NCBI GenBank assembly: GCA_040217195.1
Contig: JAVJNR010000002.1
Span: forward strand, 480,001 to 544,000
Reading direction: 5' to 3'
Origin: Leptospiraceae bacterium
GTDB taxonomy: Bacteria; Spirochaetota; Leptospiria; Leptospirales; Leptonemataceae
Length of the DNA: 64,000 bases
Part shown: one piece after another, positions 1 to 12,100 of the stretch
Numbering within the stretch: the first letter of the stretch is position 1
Layout: every line of letters starts with the position of its first letter
Translations under genes and position numbers: made by a program
Notes under the pieces: model-generated
Database searches by the model: none
Seen by the model: the letters and a program-made list of their open reading frames with translations, nothing else
Told to the model about the DNA's origin: nothing

Positions 1-458
1 TTGAAATCGTAGGTATTCGAGACACCACCAAGACTGTTATTACTGGTATTGAAATGTTCCGCAAGGAGCTGGATTTCGCTCAAGCTGGTGACAACATTGG
101 CGCTCTAATGAGAGGAACCAAGAAAGAAGACATTCAGCGTGGTCAGGTTCTGGCCAAGCCAAAGTCTATCACTCCTCACAGAAAGTTCAAGGCTGAGATC
201 TACGTTCTAAAGAAAGAAGAGGGCGGACGCCACACTCCTTTCTTTAACGACTATCGTCCTCAGTTTTACTTCCGAACCACTGATGTGACTGGAAGTATCA
301 AGCTGCCCGGCGACAAAGAAATGATTATGCCTGGCGATAACGTAACCATCGAAGTGGAGCTAATTACTCCTATCGCTATGGATAAAGGTCTGAAATTCGC
401 TATCCGCGAAGGCGGACGAACAGTTGGTTCCGGCGTAGTTGCCGAGATTGCTGAGTAA
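1..458 (+). CDS. tuf: Elongation factor Tu, C-terminal part (5' truncated by window)
   Basis: Frame from nt 3 reads [24 protein letters not shown]...EGGRHTPFF...[14 protein letters not shown]...[11 protein letters not shown]. Confidence 0.99.
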   Translation, partial: EIVGIRDTTKTVITGIEMFRKELDFAQAGDNIGALMRGTKKEDIQRGQVLAKPKSITPHRKFKAEIYVLKKEEGGRHTPFFNDYRPQFYFRTTDVTGSIKLPGDKEMIMPGDNVTIEVELITPIAMDKGLKFAIREGGRTVGSGVVAEIAE

Positions 459-477
459 TTGAGAGAAGCAGGGGATT

Positions 478-783
478 ATGGCTCAGAGAATTCGCGTAAA
501 ACTAAAGGCCTTTGATCACAAGCTGATCGATCGCTCGGCGGCGGAGATCGTCGCCACGGCGAGGCGGACCGGTGCGGAAATCTCCGGGCCGATCCCCCTG
601 CCAACCAGGGTGGAGAAATTCACGATCCTGCGATCGGTTCACGTGAACAAAAAGTCACGGGATCAATACGAGGTCCGCACTCACAAGCGGATGATAGATA
701 TTATGAATACGAACCCGGATACGGTGGATGCACTGATGAAGTTGCAGCTTCCGGCCGGTGTAAGCGTAGATATAAAGAGCTGA
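478..783 (+). CDS. rpsJ: 30S ribosomal protein S10
   Basis: [23 protein letters not shown] motifs; operon position. Confidence 0.99.
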   Translation: MAQRIRVKLKAFDHKLIDRSAAEIVATARRTGAEISGPIPLPTRVEKFTILRSVHVNKKSRDQYEVRTHKRMIDIMNTNPDTVDALMKLQLPAGVSVDIKS

Positions 784-793
784 GGCATCGGAA

Positions 794-1414
794 ATGGCTA
801 AGGGCTTAATAGGAAGAAAATTGGGCATGACCCAGGTGTTTGACGAGAAGGGTAACGTAATTCCCGTTACTGTTCTTGAGGCAGGCCCCTGTGTGGTTAC
901 CGACTTGCGCACTGAAGCACAGCATGGATACAAAGCTATTCAGCTAGGCTTCAGCGAAGTGAAGGAAAAAGCCCTGAGTAAAGCCGAGATCGGGCATGTT
1001 AAGAAGAACGGTATAGCACCGCAGCGTACGCTTATGGAATTCCGTGATGCGGATCTGGAAGTGGAAGTTGGGGCCAGCGTGGCCGTTGATCTGTTCTCCG
1101 CCGGGGATCTGGTAAGGGTGACTGCCATAAGCAAGGGAAAGGGATTTCAGGGAGTAATGAAGCGCCACGGTTTCGGTGGTGGTCGAGCGACTCATGGATC
1201 TCACTTTCATCGAGCGCCCGGTTCTATCGGTGCCAGTTCTGACCCAAGCCGGGTATTTAAAGGCAAGAAGATGCCGGGTCATACCGGGCAGCTGAGAACT
1301 TCGGTCTCTAACCTGAAGGTAATGCAGGTAGACCTGGATAATAATCGCATACTTGTAAAAGGTGCTGTGCCAGGCCCTAGAACGACCGTAGTTCGAATCG
1401 AGGTGATGGGATGA
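794..1414 (+). CDS. rplC: 50S ribosomal protein L3
   Basis: GRKLGMTQVF, SKGKGFQGVMKRH, HRAPGSIG. Confidence 0.99.
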   Translation: MAKGLIGRKLGMTQVFDEKGNVIPVTVLEAGPCVVTDLRTEAQHGYKAIQLGFSEVKEKALSKAEIGHVKKNGIAPQRTLMEFRDADLEVEVGASVAVDLFSAGDLVRVTAISKGKGFQGVMKRHGFGGGRATHGSHFHRAPGSIGASSDPSRVFKGKKMPGHTGQLRTSVSNLKVMQVDLDNNRILVKGAVPGPRTTVVRIEVMG

Positions 1415-2055
1415 AAGCGCAGAAGTTTGACGCCACAGGAAAGAAGAGTGGGGACGTAAGTCTGCCCGCTAGCGTTTTCGGCGCTGATGTAAACCTCGGG
1501 CTGATTCGTGAGATCATCGATGCGGAAAACCGCAATCGCCGACAGGGGACTCATAAAGTTAAAACCGTGTCCGAAGTAAATGGTGGGGGCAAGAAGCCCT
1601 GGCGCCAGAAAGGAACCGGTAATGCTCGCCAGGGAACGATCCGAGCGGTGCAATGGAAAGGTGGTGGGATCTCTCATGGCCCAGTGCCCAGGGATTACAG
1701 TATTCGTATTCCCGAGAAAAAGCGACGCGCCGGGATTCGTTCAGTGCTGAGCTTTAAGGCTTCTAAAGAAGCTATTTCGGTAATGGCAGACCCGTCTATT
1801 GATGAATACAGCACGAAGAAGATGCACGGAATCTTTGAAGAGATGGGAGTTATTCCTGGTTCCACAGTGGTCTTTTTGACCCTGGGAGCGGATGAAAAAC
1901 TCCGCAGATCCGTATCTAATATTCCAGTGTTGCATCACATGGATGCCAGCCGGATTAACGCTCCGGAATTGTATTACAATTCCAGGGTTGTGATCACCGA
2001 GTCTGCTCTGGCTCATCTTGAGAAGGCCTACGCTAATGAGGGGGCCAAATCATGA
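1411..2055 (+). CDS. rplD: 50S ribosomal protein L4
   Basis: RQGTH..K...EV.GGGKKPWRQKGTGNARQG. Confidence 0.99.
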   Translation: MKAQKFDATGKKSGDVSLPASVFGADVNLGLIREIIDAENRNRRQGTHKVKTVSEVNGGGKKPWRQKGTGNARQGTIRAVQWKGGGISHGPVPRDYSIRIPEKKRRAGIRSVLSFKASKEAISVMADPSIDEYSTKKMHGIFEEMGVIPGSTVVFLTLGADEKLRRSVSNIPVLHHMDASRINAPELYYNSRVVITESALAHLEKAYANEGAKS

Positions 2056-2351
2056 ATTTGAATGATGTTATTATTTCGCCCGTAATTACGGAGAAGACGG
2101 AAGTAGTTAAGCATGGCACACCTGGATCGGAGGTTCATACCTTCAAGATTCAGAAGCGGGCCAACAAGGAGCTGGTTAAGCAAGCTCTGTACAAGCTTTA
2201 CGGCGTGAAAGTCGATAAGGTGCGCGTGTTGAACGTGCCTTCCAGGCTGAAGCGTTTTAGAATGGATTACGCCAGGGTTCCGGGCTGGAAGAAGGCTATC
2301 GTAACTCTGGCTCCGGGTGAAAACCTGGATCTGGCGAAGGCTGCAGGATAA
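2052..2351 (+). CDS. rplW: 50S ribosomal protein L23
   Basis: PVITEK, ANK..VKQA, WKKAIVTL. Confidence 0.97.
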   Translation: MNLNDVIISPVITEKTEVVKHGTPGSEVHTFKIQKRANKELVKQALYKLYGVKVDKVRVLNVPSRLKRFRMDYARVPGWKKAIVTLAPGENLDLAKAAG

Positions 2352-2357
2352 CGTACT

Positions 2358-3200
2358 ATGCCTATTAAGAGATTTAAACCAACTACGTCAGCAACCCGAT
2401 ATAAGTCTGTCCTGGTTTTCGAAGGCCTCAGCAAAGAAGCGCCTCGTAAGAAGCTTCTGGATAGTGTGAACTATAGCGCTGGTCGAAACAATGCCGGACG
2501 AATTTCGGTTCGTCGCAAAGGTGGTCGAAACAAGCGGAAGTATCGTATAATTGACTTCAAGCGAAACAAGCTGGAAGTGCCCGGTACTGTTGCGGCGATT
2601 GAATACGACCCGAACAGAACGGCCAATATTGCTCTGATAAAGTATGCTGACGGTGAATACCGCTATATCCTGTGTCCCGATGCTCTTAAGGTTGGTGATG
2701 CAGTTCTTTCGGGCGAAAAAGCAGAAATCCGAGCCGGAAACTGTTTACCGCTAAAGAACATACCAGCTGGTACTCAAGTGCATAATATCGAGCTGCAGCC
2801 TCAAAGGGGCGGACAGATGGCTCGTTCAGCGGGCGCCTTTGCCAGCATTGCGGGTAGAGATGGAAGCTATATTTTAATTAAACTGCCAAGCGGTGAACTG
2901 CGGAAGGTTCATGAAACCTGCCGGGCCACCGTTGGTGTTATGGGTAACCGGGATCATAGCCTGGTTAGCATTGGAAAAGCAGGGCGCAAGCGCTGGATGG
3001 GGGTTCGGCCTCACGTTCGCGGCGTAGTAATGAACCCTGTGGATCACCCGCATGGTGGTGGTGAAGGTAAGACATCCGGTGGACGCCATCCAGTATCGCC
3101 CTGGGGTCAGCCTACGAAAGGCTACAAGACGCGTAAGAAGAATAATCCTACGGATCGATTCATCGTACAGCGCAGAATTAATAAGAGGATAGGACGCTAA
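2358..3200 (+). CDS. rplB: 50S ribosomal protein L2
   Basis: [33 protein letters not shown]. Confidence 0.99.
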   Translation: MPIKRFKPTTSATRYKSVLVFEGLSKEAPRKKLLDSVNYSAGRNNAGRISVRRKGGRNKRKYRIIDFKRNKLEVPGTVAAIEYDPNRTANIALIKYADGEYRYILCPDALKVGDAVLSGEKAEIRAGNCLPLKNIPAGTQVHNIELQPQRGGQMARSAGAFASIAGRDGSYILIKLPSGELRKVHETCRATVGVMGNRDHSLVSIGKAGRKRWMGVRPHVRGVVMNPVDHPHGGGEGKTSGGRHPVSPWGQPTKGYKTRKKNNPTDRFIVQRRINKRIGR

Positions 3201-3202
3201 GC

Positions 3203-3481
3203 ATGGCCAGATCACTAAAGAAAGGGCCTTACGTAGAAGAGTCCCTGATGAACAGGATTAACCAGATGAATGCAGAAGGGAATAAGAAGCCCTTCAAGAC
3301 CTGGTCTCGTCGCTCAACCATCTTCCCGGAGATGATTGGTCATACTATGCTGGTGCATAATGGGCAGAAGTTTGTGCCTGTCTACGTAAACGAGAATATG
3401 GTGGGTCATAAGCTCGGGGAGTTTGCTCCTACTCGTACCTACAAAGGGCATACCAGCCTGGACAGGAAGGTTAAGAGATAA
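3203..3481 (+). CDS. rpsS: 30S ribosomal protein S19
   Basis: [27 protein letters not shown]. Confidence 0.99.
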   Translation: MARSLKKGPYVEESLMNRINQMNAEGNKKPFKTWSRRSTIFPEMIGHTMLVHNGQKFVPVYVNENMVGHKLGEFAPTRTYKGHTSLDRKVKR

Positions 3482-3819
3482 TGGAAGCTAAAGCTGTTGC
3501 AAAATTCCTGCTGGTTAGCCCCCGAAAGGTTCGCCTGGTGGCAAATGAGATTCGAGGTTATCCCTACAGCGAAGCGATTGATTACCTGCGATTCATTCCT
3601 CGTAAGGGAGCGGTCTTACTGAAGAAAGTTCTGGAGTCTGCAAAGGCCAACGCAGCGAACAACAATGAGAATCTTGATGAGACTCAGTTGTTCGTAAAGA
3701 AAGTGTATATCGACGGCGGTCCTACTATGAGAAGGTTTCGTCCACGAGCACGAGGTCGTGCAATGCAGCGACTGAAAAGAATCAGCCACATTACAGTGGT
3801 GTTGAGTGATGAGAACTAA
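3481..3819 (+). CDS. rplV: 50S ribosomal protein L22
   Basis: [23 protein letters not shown]. Confidence 0.99.
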   Translation: MEAKAVAKFLLVSPRKVRLVANEIRGYPYSEAIDYLRFIPRKGAVLLKKVLESAKANAANNNENLDETQLFVKKVYIDGGPTMRRFRPRARGRAMQRLKRISHITVVLSDEN

Positions 3820-3832
3820 GGAATTTTAGATT

Positions 3833-4513
3833 ATGGGTCAGAAAGTTAATCCAATCGGACTGCGGCTGGGAATCACACGCTCCTGGGATTCAATATGGTA
3901 TTCCAAGGAAGGGTACCAGGATGCACTGCATGAGGACCTGATGATTCGTCAGTATCTGCAGAAGCGATATAAGAGGGCAGGTCTGCTTCGCATCGTGATT
4001 GAGCGATTCCCGGAAAAGATCAACGTAAACCTCCATACTGTAAGACCCGGTCAGATTATTGGCCCTAAAGGGGTAGCGATTGAGGCGGTTAAAGCGGAGC
4101 TAAAGAAACGGGTTTCTCTGCCTCTGAACCTGAGTATTGTTGAAGTGAAGAAACCGGAAACTGTTGCGAAAGTGATCGGAGAGAACATCGCCCAGCAGCT
4201 GGAACAAAGAATGCCCTTCCGGCGTGTAATGAAGCAAGCTCTGCGAGGAGCGATGCGCGGCGGGGTTGATGGAATTAAGATTATGGTGTCCGGCCGATTA
4301 AATGGCGCGGATATGGCTCGGACTGAGCAATACAAGGATGGCCGAGTGCCCCTTCATACGCTGCGAGCGCGTATAGAGTATGCAATCAGCGAAGCTAAAA
4401 CCACCTACGGAATTCTGGGAGTAAAAGTCTGGACCTATCATGGTGACCTGCTGCCAGGAACTGAAGTGGAAGAAGAAGAGCAGCCCCAGCGAAGGAGAGG
4501 GGGCCGCCAGTAA
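3833..4513 (+). CDS. rpsC: 30S ribosomal protein S3
   Basis: [32 protein letters not shown]. Confidence 0.99.
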   Translation: MGQKVNPIGLRLGITRSWDSIWYSKEGYQDALHEDLMIRQYLQKRYKRAGLLRIVIERFPEKINVNLHTVRPGQIIGPKGVAIEAVKAELKKRVSLPLNLSIVEVKKPETVAKVIGENIAQQLEQRMPFRRVMKQALRGAMRGGVDGIKIMVSGRLNGADMARTEQYKDGRVPLHTLRARIEYAISEAKTTYGILGVKVWTYHGDLLPGTEVEEEEQPQRRRGGRQ

Positions 4514-4538
4514 GAGCGGACTTTTTCCGAGGTAAGAT

Positions 4539-4952
4539 ATGTTATCACCGAAGCGCGTAAAATACAGAAAGCGACAACGCGGTCGTCTGAGAGGCCTGGC
4601 CCATCGAGGCAACAAAGTGTCTTTCGGAGAATTCGGCCTGAAAGCTATAGAATCCGGTCGGCTTACGGCCCGCCAGATTGAAGCAGCTCGTCGAGCCATG
4701 ACCAGGCACGTAAAGCGGGGCGGTAAAATGTGGATTCGGATCTTTCCCGATCAGCCCGTGACCAAGAAACCGGCCGAAACTCGTATGGGTAGTGGTAAAG
4801 GTAGCCCTGAATACTGGGTAGCAGTTGTAAGACCCGGTCGGGTGCTGTTCGAAATGAGCGGTGTATCCGAAAGTCTGGCCAAAGAAGCTCTGGCCCTGGC
4901 AGCGCATAAGCTACCCATGAAGACTTCTTTCGTAAGAAAGGATCTGATCTAA
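4539..4952 (+). CDS. rplP: 50S ribosomal protein L16
   Basis: [23 protein letters not shown]. Confidence 0.99.
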   Translation: MLSPKRVKYRKRQRGRLRGLAHRGNKVSFGEFGLKAIESGRLTARQIEAARRAMTRHVKRGGKMWIRIFPDQPVTKKPAETRMGSGKGSPEYWVAVVRPGRVLFEMSGVSESLAKEALALAAHKLPMKTSFVRKDLI

Positions 4953-4962
4953 GAGGAAGAAA

Positions 4963-5208
4963 ATGGCATCATCGTATCATGAAATGACAGAGGAGAACCT
5001 GAAGGAACAACTGGAGCAGGCGAAAGCAGAGCTGCGCGAGCTTCGGTTTACATTCGGGATCGCTCGATCGCTTCAGAAGCCAGCCAGAGTAGGCCAGCTA
5101 AAGAAGAATGTAGCCCGGATTAATACAGTTCTCCGGGAACGAGAGATGGGTATTGCATCCCAGAAAGAGGCAACTTCGAAAGGAAAAGGGAAGTCTCGTA
5201 AGAAATAG
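4963..5208 (+). CDS. rpmC: 50S ribosomal protein L29 with basic C-terminal tail
   Basis: ELRELRF...[13 protein letters not shown]; operon position. Confidence 0.95.
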   Translation: MASSYHEMTEENLKEQLEQAKAELRELRFTFGIARSLQKPARVGQLKKNVARINTVLREREMGIASQKEATSKGKGKSRKK

Positions 5209-5222
5209 ACGGCAGTAATAGT

Positions 5223-5486
5223 ATGAAGACGCGAGCCAAAAGAATTAGAACGATTGTGGGCCGGGTAGTCTCGGATAAGACCGACAAAACCCGAGTAATC
5301 CTCGTAGAGACGTTTTTCACTCATCCGAAGTTCAAGAAGACAGTGAAGCGGTCCCAGCGTATTAAAATCCACGATGAAAAGAATGAATCCAGAGAGGGAG
5401 ATATTGTCAGCGCAATAGAAACGCGACCTCTGTCTCGATGGAAGCGTCATCGACTATTCAAAGTTGTTGAGAGGCCACAAGCATGA
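5223..5486 (+). CDS. rpsQ: 30S ribosomal protein S17
   Basis: GRVVSDK, HPKFKK, HDE.N...GD.V...ETRPLS. Confidence 0.98.
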   Translation: MKTRAKRIRTIVGRVVSDKTDKTRVILVETFFTHPKFKKTVKRSQRIKIHDEKNESREGDIVSAIETRPLSRWKRHRLFKVVERPQA

Positions 5487-5875
5487 TTCAGATGCAGACA
5501 ATGCTCGAGGTAGCAGACAATACCGGGGCACGTAAGGTTATGTGTGTGAAGGTCCTGGGCGGAAGCAAGAAGCGGTACGCCACAGTGGGCGATATTATCG
5601 TGGTGGCTGTTAAGGATTCCCTGCCTGCTTACGGGCTGAAGGATGGAACCGGTAAGAAAGTGCACAACAAAGCAGTGCAAAAAGCAGTGGTTGTACGGAC
5701 CAGAAAAGAGATCCGACGCCCTGATGGTTCCTATATCCGTTTCGACGACAATGCATGTGCCATTATCGATGATAAAATGAATCCTCGGGGAACTCGTATC
5801 TTTGGGCCAGTGGCTCGTGAGCTGCGGGACCGAAAATTTATGAAGATTGTATCCCTGGCGCCGGAGGTTCTATAA
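5483..5875 (+). CDS. rplN: 50S ribosomal protein L14
   Basis: [32 protein letters not shown]. Confidence 0.99.
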   Translation: MIQMQTMLEVADNTGARKVMCVKVLGGSKKRYATVGDIIVVAVKDSLPAYGLKDGTGKKVHNKAVQKAVVVRTRKEIRRPDGSYIRFDDNACAIIDDKMNPRGTRIFGPVARELRDRKFMKIVSLAPEVL

Positions 5876-6235
5876 ATGAATCGTTTTGCTCAAAAGATTC
5901 AAGAGCAGGAAAAATACCGTCACCGAAAGCTGATCTTGAAGAACGGCGATGAAGTGGTGGTGATTTCAGGCAAAGAAAAGGGAAAGCGCGGCAAAATCCT
6001 GCATGTGGATCGCGCCAACGATCGCATCTACGTTGAAGGTGTGAACAAGATCAAAAGATTCATGCGACCTTCCCAGGAGAATCCCCAGGGTGGAGTCATT
6101 GAAATTGAAGCTCCTATGCATCTATCCAACGTTCTCTTCTATGACAGTAAGAAGAAGAAAGGTGTTAAACTGGGTAAGAAAGTCGAGGACGGAAAGCGTG
6201 TTCGAGTAACACGTCCGGAAGGCAAAACCGTCTAG
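5876..6235 (+). CDS. rplX: 50S ribosomal protein L24
   Basis: KOW motif [25 protein letters not shown]. Confidence 0.98.
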   Translation: MNRFAQKIQEQEKYRHRKLILKNGDEVVVISGKEKGKRGKILHVDRANDRIYVEGVNKIKRFMRPSQENPQGGVIEIEAPMHLSNVLFYDSKKKKGVKLGKKVEDGKRVRVTRPEGKTV

Positions 6236-6251
6236 TTTGAGGAAATTATAA

Positions 6252-6794
6252 ATGGATCAGTTGCTAGAGAAATATAGATCCGAGGTAATCGGTCAACTGC
6301 GAGAGAAATTCCAGTACAAGAGCCTGATGCAGGTTCCTGCACTGGAGAAGATCAGTCTGAACATTGGAATCGGTGATGCACCTACGAATCCCAAGGCCCT
6401 GGAAGCAGCGGTTGAGGAACTGGGGTTGATCACCGGTCAAAAGGCTGTTCGTACTAAAGCCAAAAAGTCCATCGCCGGGTTTAAGCTTCGGGAAGGAATG
6501 GCTATTGGGGCTCGCGTTACGCTGCGTGGAAATCGCATGTATGAGTTTCTATTCAGGCTCATTAATATCGCTATTCCTCGTGTAAGGGACTTCAGGGGGC
6601 TAAACCCCAATGGATTCGATGGTAGAGGAAACTACAATTTCTCGATCAGGGAACAGATTATCTTTCCCGAGATCAGTGTAGATCAGGTAGATTCTTACCA
6701 TGGACTGAATGTTACAATTACGACAACGGCACCTACTGACGATGAGGGCCGGGAGCTGCTTGCCGGGCTGGGATTCCCATTCCGCAAGAGTTGA
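6252..6794 (+). CDS. rplE: 50S ribosomal protein L5
   Basis: ITGQK...[30 protein letters not shown]. Confidence 0.99.
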   Translation: MDQLLEKYRSEVIGQLREKFQYKSLMQVPALEKISLNIGIGDAPTNPKALEAAVEELGLITGQKAVRTKAKKSIAGFKLREGMAIGARVTLRGNRMYEFLFRLINIAIPRVRDFRGLNPNGFDGRGNYNFSIREQIIFPEISVDQVDSYHGLNVTITTTAPTDDEGRELLAGLGFPFRKS

Positions 6795-6812
6795 TTCTGG
6801 GAGTATTATAAA

Positions 6813-6998
6813 ATGGCTCGAAAGGCAATGATGGAAAAAATGAAGCGCAAGCCGCGCTTCAAAGTGCGAGAGCACAACCGCTGCCCGATTTGTGGTAGGC
6901 CCCGGGGGTTCCTGCGAAGGTTTCGCATGTGCCGTATTTGTTTTAGACAACTGGCCAGTATGGGCCAAATACCCGGAGTAACCAAATCATCCTGGTAA
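6813..6998 (+). CDS. rpsN: 30S ribosomal protein S14, zinc-binding (type Z) form
   Basis: 61 aa with CPICGRPRG and CRIC zinc ribbon, ends KSSW. Confidence 0.98.
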   Translation: MARKAMMEKMKRKPRFKVREHNRCPICGRPRGFLRRFRMCRICFRQLASMGQIPGVTKSSW

Positions 6999-7016
6999 GG
7001 AAGGAGAAAGACTGCA

Positions 7017-7412
7017 ATGAGTTTGAGTGATCCTATAGCGGATATGTTGACCCGGATACGAAATGCATCCCGGGCAGGTCATCCTAAAGTGAGTTTTGCA
7101 GGCTCCAACCTGAAGGAGAGCATCGTTTCTATTCTAAAGAACGAAGGCTTTATTGCAAACTACGAAGTGAAGAAAGAGAATAACAAGAGCAACATCGAGG
7201 TGGAGCTCAAGTACATCAACAAGAGCCCGGTGATCAAAGAGATCGAACGGGTGAGTAAACCAGGTCGCCGGATCTATAGCAAGAGTCAGGAAATGCGACC
7301 TGTGCGAAACAATATGGGGATCGCCATCCTTTCTACTTCCCACGGTGTAATGACCGGTCGGAAAGCGAAAAAGATGAATGTTGGTGGAGAGATCCTGTTA
7401 AGGGTCTGGTGA
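7017..7412 (+). CDS. rpsH: 30S ribosomal protein S8
   Basis: DPIADMLTRIRNA, SKPGRRIY, GGE. Confidence 0.99.
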   Translation: MSLSDPIADMLTRIRNASRAGHPKVSFAGSNLKESIVSILKNEGFIANYEVKKENNKSNIEVELKYINKSPVIKEIERVSKPGRRIYSKSQEMRPVRNNMGIAILSTSHGVMTGRKAKKMNVGGEILLRVW

Positions 7413-7434
7413 TCCTTTCTGGGAGTTATTAAAG

Positions 7435-7983
7435 ATGTCAAGAGTTGGAAAAGCGCCCATTAAACTCCCTTCCGGTGTGGAAGTGAATGTTCAGGGACAG
7501 AGTATCAACGTTAAGGGACCCAAGGGATCCCTGGCTTCTCCTCTTCCTGAAGGCATAAGCCTGAGCCAGGAAGACGGTATGGTAAGCTTTGCCCGTGCGG
7601 ATGAATCCAAGAAGCAGCGTGAGAGGCATGGTCTTGCTCGTGCCTTGCTGCAGAATTGCGTGACTGGAGTCAGCACAGGATGGAGCAGAAACCTGGAACT
7701 GGTTGGAGTTGGTTATAGAGTTCAATTGAAGGGTAAAGAACTTGTACTCTCATTGGGCTATTCACATGAAGTGAAATATCCCCTCCCTGACGGAGTGGAA
7801 GCCCAGGTGACTGATCAGACCAGGCTTCAATTGAGTGGTATTGACCGCCAGAAGCTGGGACAGGTCGCCTCAGAAATTAGATCATTCCGCCCACCGGAGC
7901 CCTACAAAGGAAAAGGGGTTCGATACGCGGGAGAACAAATCCGCCGAAAAGCTGGTAAAGCCGGTAAGGCAGGGAAGAAATAA
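7435..7983 (+). CDS. rplF: 50S ribosomal protein L6
   Basis: MSRVGKAPI, VKGPKG, PEPYKGKGVRY. Confidence 0.99.
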   Translation: MSRVGKAPIKLPSGVEVNVQGQSINVKGPKGSLASPLPEGISLSQEDGMVSFARADESKKQRERHGLARALLQNCVTGVSTGWSRNLELVGVGYRVQLKGKELVLSLGYSHEVKYPLPDGVEAQVTDQTRLQLSGIDRQKLGQVASEIRSFRPPEPYKGKGVRYAGEQIRRKAGKAGKAGKK

Positions 7984-8038
7984 GCAAGTCGGGGCTAATT
8001 GTCGATAGGGCCACCCCGGCGCATGGAATGGAAAATAT

Positions 8039-8398
8039 ATGAATCGGCTGCATGAAAAAAGACACAGGCTTGGAAAAAGAGTCCAGACTATTCGCAAAGC
8101 GATTCGGTCCAAGAATCGTCGACCGCGTTTGATCTTGAATCGAACGAACAAGTATCTTTTTGCCCAGATTGTAGATGATGAGACCGGTAGCGTAGTCTGC
8201 TCGGCTTCTACTCTGGAGAAGAGCTATAACGGTCCCAAAAAGACACTGGAAGCCGCCAAGAAGCTGGGAGAAGTCCTGGCCGGTCGTGCCAAAGAGAAGG
8301 GCATTACTCGAGTAGTCTTTGATCGTCGTGGTCGCCTGTATCACGGTCGAATGGCACATTTCGCCGATGCAGCCCGCGAAGGCGGACTGGAGTTTTAA
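8039..8398 (+). CDS. rplR: 50S ribosomal protein L18
   Basis: RPRL...RTNK...[21 protein letters not shown]. Confidence 0.98.
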   Translation: MNRLHEKRHRLGKRVQTIRKAIRSKNRRPRLILNRTNKYLFAQIVDDETGSVVCSASTLEKSYNGPKKTLEAAKKLGEVLAGRAKEKGITRVVFDRRGRLYHGRMAHFADAAREGGLEF

Positions 8399-8400
8399 TT

Positions 8401-8925
8401 ATGGTAGAAGAGCAACAAGTAAAAGAGTACGTCGAGAAGGTCGTAAAGATCAACCGTGTATCGAAAGTGGTTAAAGGAGGACGAAGGTTCTCCTTTAATG
8501 CACTTGCTGTAGTTGGCGATCAAACCGGTTCCGTCGGTATTGGGCTGGGAAAGGCCAATGAAGTTCCGGATGCAATTCGAAAAGCCATCGAAGCGGCCCG
8601 GCACCACATGGTGGACGTACGGCTTACTCGAAAGAAGACCATCCCACACGAAGTTGTAGGGGCCTACAAGAGTACTCGAGTTCTGCTTCGTCCGGCCACT
8701 GCGGGAACGGGTATTATTGCCGGTGAAGCCGTGCGATCGGTACTGGAACAGGCAGGAGTGCACGATGTTCTTTCCAAGGTTCATGGCTCCAAGAATGCAA
8801 TTAACGTAGTTCGTGCTACTCTGGATGCGCTGGTGCAATTGGAAACTCCAATTGTTTCAGCTCAGAAACGTGGACTGAGCCTGGCGCAGCTCTTCGGTAA
8901 TCTGGACGATGAGTCCATGAACTGA
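8401..8925 (+). CDS. rpsE: 30S ribosomal protein S5
   Basis: [36 protein letters not shown]. Confidence 0.99.
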   Translation: MVEEQQVKEYVEKVVKINRVSKVVKGGRRFSFNALAVVGDQTGSVGIGLGKANEVPDAIRKAIEAARHHMVDVRLTRKKTIPHEVVGAYKSTRVLLRPATAGTGIIAGEAVRSVLEQAGVHDVLSKVHGSKNAINVVRATLDALVQLETPIVSAQKRGLSLAQLFGNLDDESMN

Positions 8926-8947
8926 GATTCCACTGCGGATAAAGAAA

Positions 8948-9139
8948 ATGAGCGATAAGAAAGTAAAAGTTACATTGGTTAAGAGCGCCATCGGTAGAAA
9001 GCCGGAGCACCGAGCTACATTGAGAGCTCTGGGGCTGCGCAAGACCAATGCAGTACGTATTCATACATTGAACCCGGCAGTAAAAGGTATGATCCATCAG
9101 GTGGGTTATATGCTGAAGGTGGAGGATCATAATGGCTGA
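8948..9139 (+). CDS. rpmD: 50S ribosomal protein L30
   Basis: [10 protein letters not shown]...TLRALGLRK. Confidence 0.97.
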   Translation: MSDKKVKVTLVKSAIGRKPEHRATLRALGLRKTNAVRIHTLNPAVKGMIHQVGYMLKVEDHNG

Positions 9140-9686
9140 GGAAACTCTCAAGTATTCATCGCTTTTTCCTGAAAAGAAGCGCAATAAAGTTAGCCGCTCC
9201 ACCGAGTTGGCGGAACTGCCCCAGGGGGATGCCGGACGTAAACTAAAGATGCGTCTGGGTCGTGGCAAAGGCACCGGCAAAGGCAAGACTGCGGGAAGAG
9301 GCCAGAAAGGTCAGAAATCTCGGGCAGGTTATTCCATGACTCCAGGCTTTGAGGGTGGGCAGATGCCTCTGCATCGTCGATTACCCAAGCGTGGTTTCAG
9401 CAGTCCGGATCCTAAAAGCTTTCAGACCATAAATCTCTGGGTGCTGGAACAATCCGGTCTCTCCGGTGAATTGGGCGGAGGCGAACTTCAGTCCAAGGGC
9501 CTGGTAGCTGATGGGTCAGAATTGATTAAGATTCTGGGAACCGGGGACATTAAGTCCAGGGTTTCGCTGAAAGTGGATGCGGTTTCTGCGTCAGCCAGGC
9601 AAAAAATCGAAGCGGCCGGTGGATCTATTGAGATTCGAACTGCGGCCGATCGTCGCGAACTGAAAAAGAAAAAAGCGGGCGCTTGA
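9132..9686 (+). CDS. rplO: 50S ribosomal protein L15 (N-terminally extended)
   Basis: [39 protein letters not shown]. Confidence 0.98.
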   Translation: MAEETLKYSSLFPEKKRNKVSRSTELAELPQGDAGRKLKMRLGRGKGTGKGKTAGRGQKGQKSRAGYSMTPGFEGGQMPLHRRLPKRGFSSPDPKSFQTINLWVLEQSGLSGELGGGELQSKGLVADGSELIKILGTGDIKSRVSLKVDAVSASARQKIEAAGGSIEIRTAADRRELKKKKAGA

Positions 9687-9709
9687 TCGTCCTGGGATAG
9701 CATTTCTTT

Positions 9710-11068
9710 ATGAGTGCACTGATAACAATTTTTAGAATTCCGGAACTTAGGAAAAAGATCATGTATACCATCGGCTTGCTGGTGGTATTTAGAATGGGTT
9801 CTTTCATTTCCATTCCAGGTGTAAACCCGGTGGCTGTGGCTCAGGCCAGACCTCCGGGACAGTCTTTTCTGGATGTGGTAAATGTTTTCTCCGGTGGTGC
9901 ACTGTTTAAACTGTCCATTTTCTCGCTGGGTATTATGCCCTACATTTCTGCATCGATTATTATGAGCCTATTGACAGTAGTCATTCCGGCTCTGGCTCGA
10001 CTGCAGAGAGAGGGAGAAGAGGGACGAAAAACAATCAATCGATACACTCGCTATGGTACGGTGGTGCTTTGCGCTATCCAGGCAGTGTTTATTCTGATCT
10101 GGGCTTCGGAGGAGCGTAATACACTTCAGCAGCCTCTGGTTTCAGAAGCAATGAATCCCACCTGGTTTTTTATTGTTGGTGTGGTAGCCATTACAACGGG
10201 TACCATTCTACTAATGTGGATGGGAGAGCAGATAACGGAGCGAGGCATTGGTAATGGTGCTTCACTGATTATTTTTGCCGGTATTATCGCTCAGCTTCCA
10301 GGTATGCTTCTGCAAATGTTTCGTGATGCAGATATCCAGATCTTCGATGTTATTATCCTTTTGCTGCTATTTATTATCCTGATTTCACTTACTGTGATTC
10401 TGTCTCAGGGAGTGCGCAAGGTCCCACTGCAGTATGGTAAGAAGATGCAGGGTCGGAGAATGGTTCAGGCTCAGAGCCAGAGTATTCAGTTTAAGCTGAA
10501 CTCGGCAAACGTTATGCCTATCATTTTCGCATCATCGTTGCTGTTGTTTCCACAAACTGTGTTTGGTATGCTTGGTGAGAGCTCTTCCAGCAGTGTCTGG
10601 ATCAGTCTGCAGCAATGGCTAAACCCATTTGCGCCTGTTTTCTATCAGCAGATCCCTTACTATTTGATCTATACTCTGCTAATTGTTTTCTTTGCCTATT
10701 TTTACACTGCAATCTATATCAATCCCCAGGAACTGGCGGAAAACCTGAAAAAATTCGGTGGCTTCATTCCTGGAATTCGACCGGGAACGCATACCCGTGA
10801 ATACATAGAAGGCACTTTAAACAGGATCATTCTTCCAGGAGCGATGTTTCTGGCCGGTCTGGCCCTGGCTCCTTATTTCATTATCAATGCTATGGACCTG
10901 AAGGCTAACCAGAACATTCAAGGACTGGCTTATACCTTTGGCGGAACCTCCCTCCTCATCATTGTAGGTGTGGCTCTGGATACACTGAAACAAATTGAAG
11001 CCCAGCTCAAAATGCGTAACTATCAGGGCTTCATGAAGAAAGGTAAAATCCGAGGGAGGTTGAAGTAA
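9710..11068 (+). CDS. secY: Preprotein translocase subunit SecY
   Basis: [41 protein letters not shown]; multiple TM segments. Confidence 0.99.
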   Translation: MSALITIFRIPELRKKIMYTIGLLVVFRMGSFISIPGVNPVAVAQARPPGQSFLDVVNVFSGGALFKLSIFSLGIMPYISASIIMSLLTVVIPALARLQREGEEGRKTINRYTRYGTVVLCAIQAVFILIWASEERNTLQQPLVSEAMNPTWFFIVGVVAITTGTILLMWMGEQITERGIGNGASLIIFAGIIAQLPGMLLQMFRDADIQIFDVIILLLLFIILISLTVILSQGVRKVPLQYGKKMQGRRMVQAQSQSIQFKLNSANVMPIIFASSLLLFPQTVFGMLGESSSSSVWISLQQWLNPFAPVFYQQIPYYLIYTLLIVFFAYFYTAIYINPQELAENLKKFGGFIPGIRPGTHTREYIEGTLNRIILPGAMFLAGLALAPYFIINAMDLKANQNIQGLAYTFGGTSLLIIVGVALDTLKQIEAQLKMRNYQGFMKKGKIRGRLK

Positions 11069-11631
11069 TGCGAATTGTATTTATGGGTCCCCCGGGTGCT
11101 GGAAAAGGTACCCAGGCCAAGATCATATGTTCCGAAGTAGGTATTCCTCAGATTTCCACAGGGGAAATTCTGCGCAATGCTATGGAAAGCGGAAGTGAGC
11201 TTGGCAAAGAAGCTAAGAGTTATGTTGAGTCAGGCGGCCTGGTGCCGGATTCCGTAGTTATTGGAATCGTAAAAGAGCGGATTCAAGAACCTGACTGTGA
11301 GAAAGGCTATCTGCTGGACGGGTTTCCTCGAACGTTAGAGCAAGCGGATGCTCTTAAGAAGATGACCGAAGAGCTGGGGAAGCCCCTTGATGTGGCTCTC
11401 AATCTTGCCGTGCCTCAGGATGAGCTGGTTAAGCGACTGCTGGACCGTGCTCAAAAAGAAGGGCGGCCAGATGATACTGAGCCGGTTATCAAGAGCCGGC
11501 TGAAAACCTATGAGGAGCAAACCCTGCCCCTCGTGGATTACTATAAAAAAGAAGGTATCCTGAAGGAAGTGGATGGTCTGGGTAGTATGGATGACATAAC
11601 TGCCCGAATCAAGACAGCCCTGGGTATCTAA
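11068..11631 (+). CDS. adk: Adenylate kinase (short-LID type)
   Basis: GPPGAGKGTQ P-loop, LDGFPRT, short LID R...EGRPDD. Confidence 0.98.
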   Translation: MRIVFMGPPGAGKGTQAKIICSEVGIPQISTGEILRNAMESGSELGKEAKSYVESGGLVPDSVVIGIVKERIQEPDCEKGYLLDGFPRTLEQADALKKMTEELGKPLDVALNLAVPQDELVKRLLDRAQKEGRPDDTEPVIKSRLKTYEEQTLPLVDYYKKEGILKEVDGLGSMDDITARIKTALGI

Positions 11632-11735
11632 CCAGACCAGATTTTTGAACCGTCCCGCCTCTTGCAGCAAGAAATTGCCTGACGGCAGAGGGGGGCTTCC
11701 AAAGTATGGCATCTGGATTCATCGGAGTTTAAAGA

Positions 11736-11954
11736 GTGGCCAAAGAAGGTGCAATAGAAGTAGAAGGCAAGGTCATTGAACCTCTGCCCAATGCAATGTT
11801 CCGGGTTGAACTGGACAACGGCCATCAAGTGCTGGCGCACATTTCCGGAAAGATGAGAATGCATTACATTCGAATTCTTCCCGGAGATAAGGTAACCGTG
11901 GAATTATCCCCCTATGATTTAACCAGGGGTCGCATTACATACAGGAAAAAGTAA
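11736..11954 (+). CDS. infA: Translation initiation factor IF-1 (GTG start)
   Basis: [27 protein letters not shown]. Confidence 0.99.
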   Translation: MAKEGAIEVEGKVIEPLPNAMFRVELDNGHQVLAHISGKMRMHYIRILPGDKVTVELSPYDLTRGRITYRKK

Positions 11955-12068
11955 ATGAAGATTCGAGTCTCTGTGAAGAAAATGTGTAGTGAATGTCGCG
12001 TAATTAAGCGCCGGGGCATTGTACGCGTAATTTGCAGCAACCCGCGACACAAGCAACGCCAGGGTTGA
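11955..12068 (+). CDS. rpmJ: 50S ribosomal protein L36 (zinc-binding form); absent from ORF track
   Basis: Manual translation [37 protein letters not shown], 37 aa, starts directly after the infA stop. Confidence 0.98.
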   Translation: MKIRVSVKKMCSECRVIKRRGIVRVICSNPRHKQRQG

Positions 12069-12100
12069 GAGTTTAACAGGAATTAGTATCAGGAAGAATT

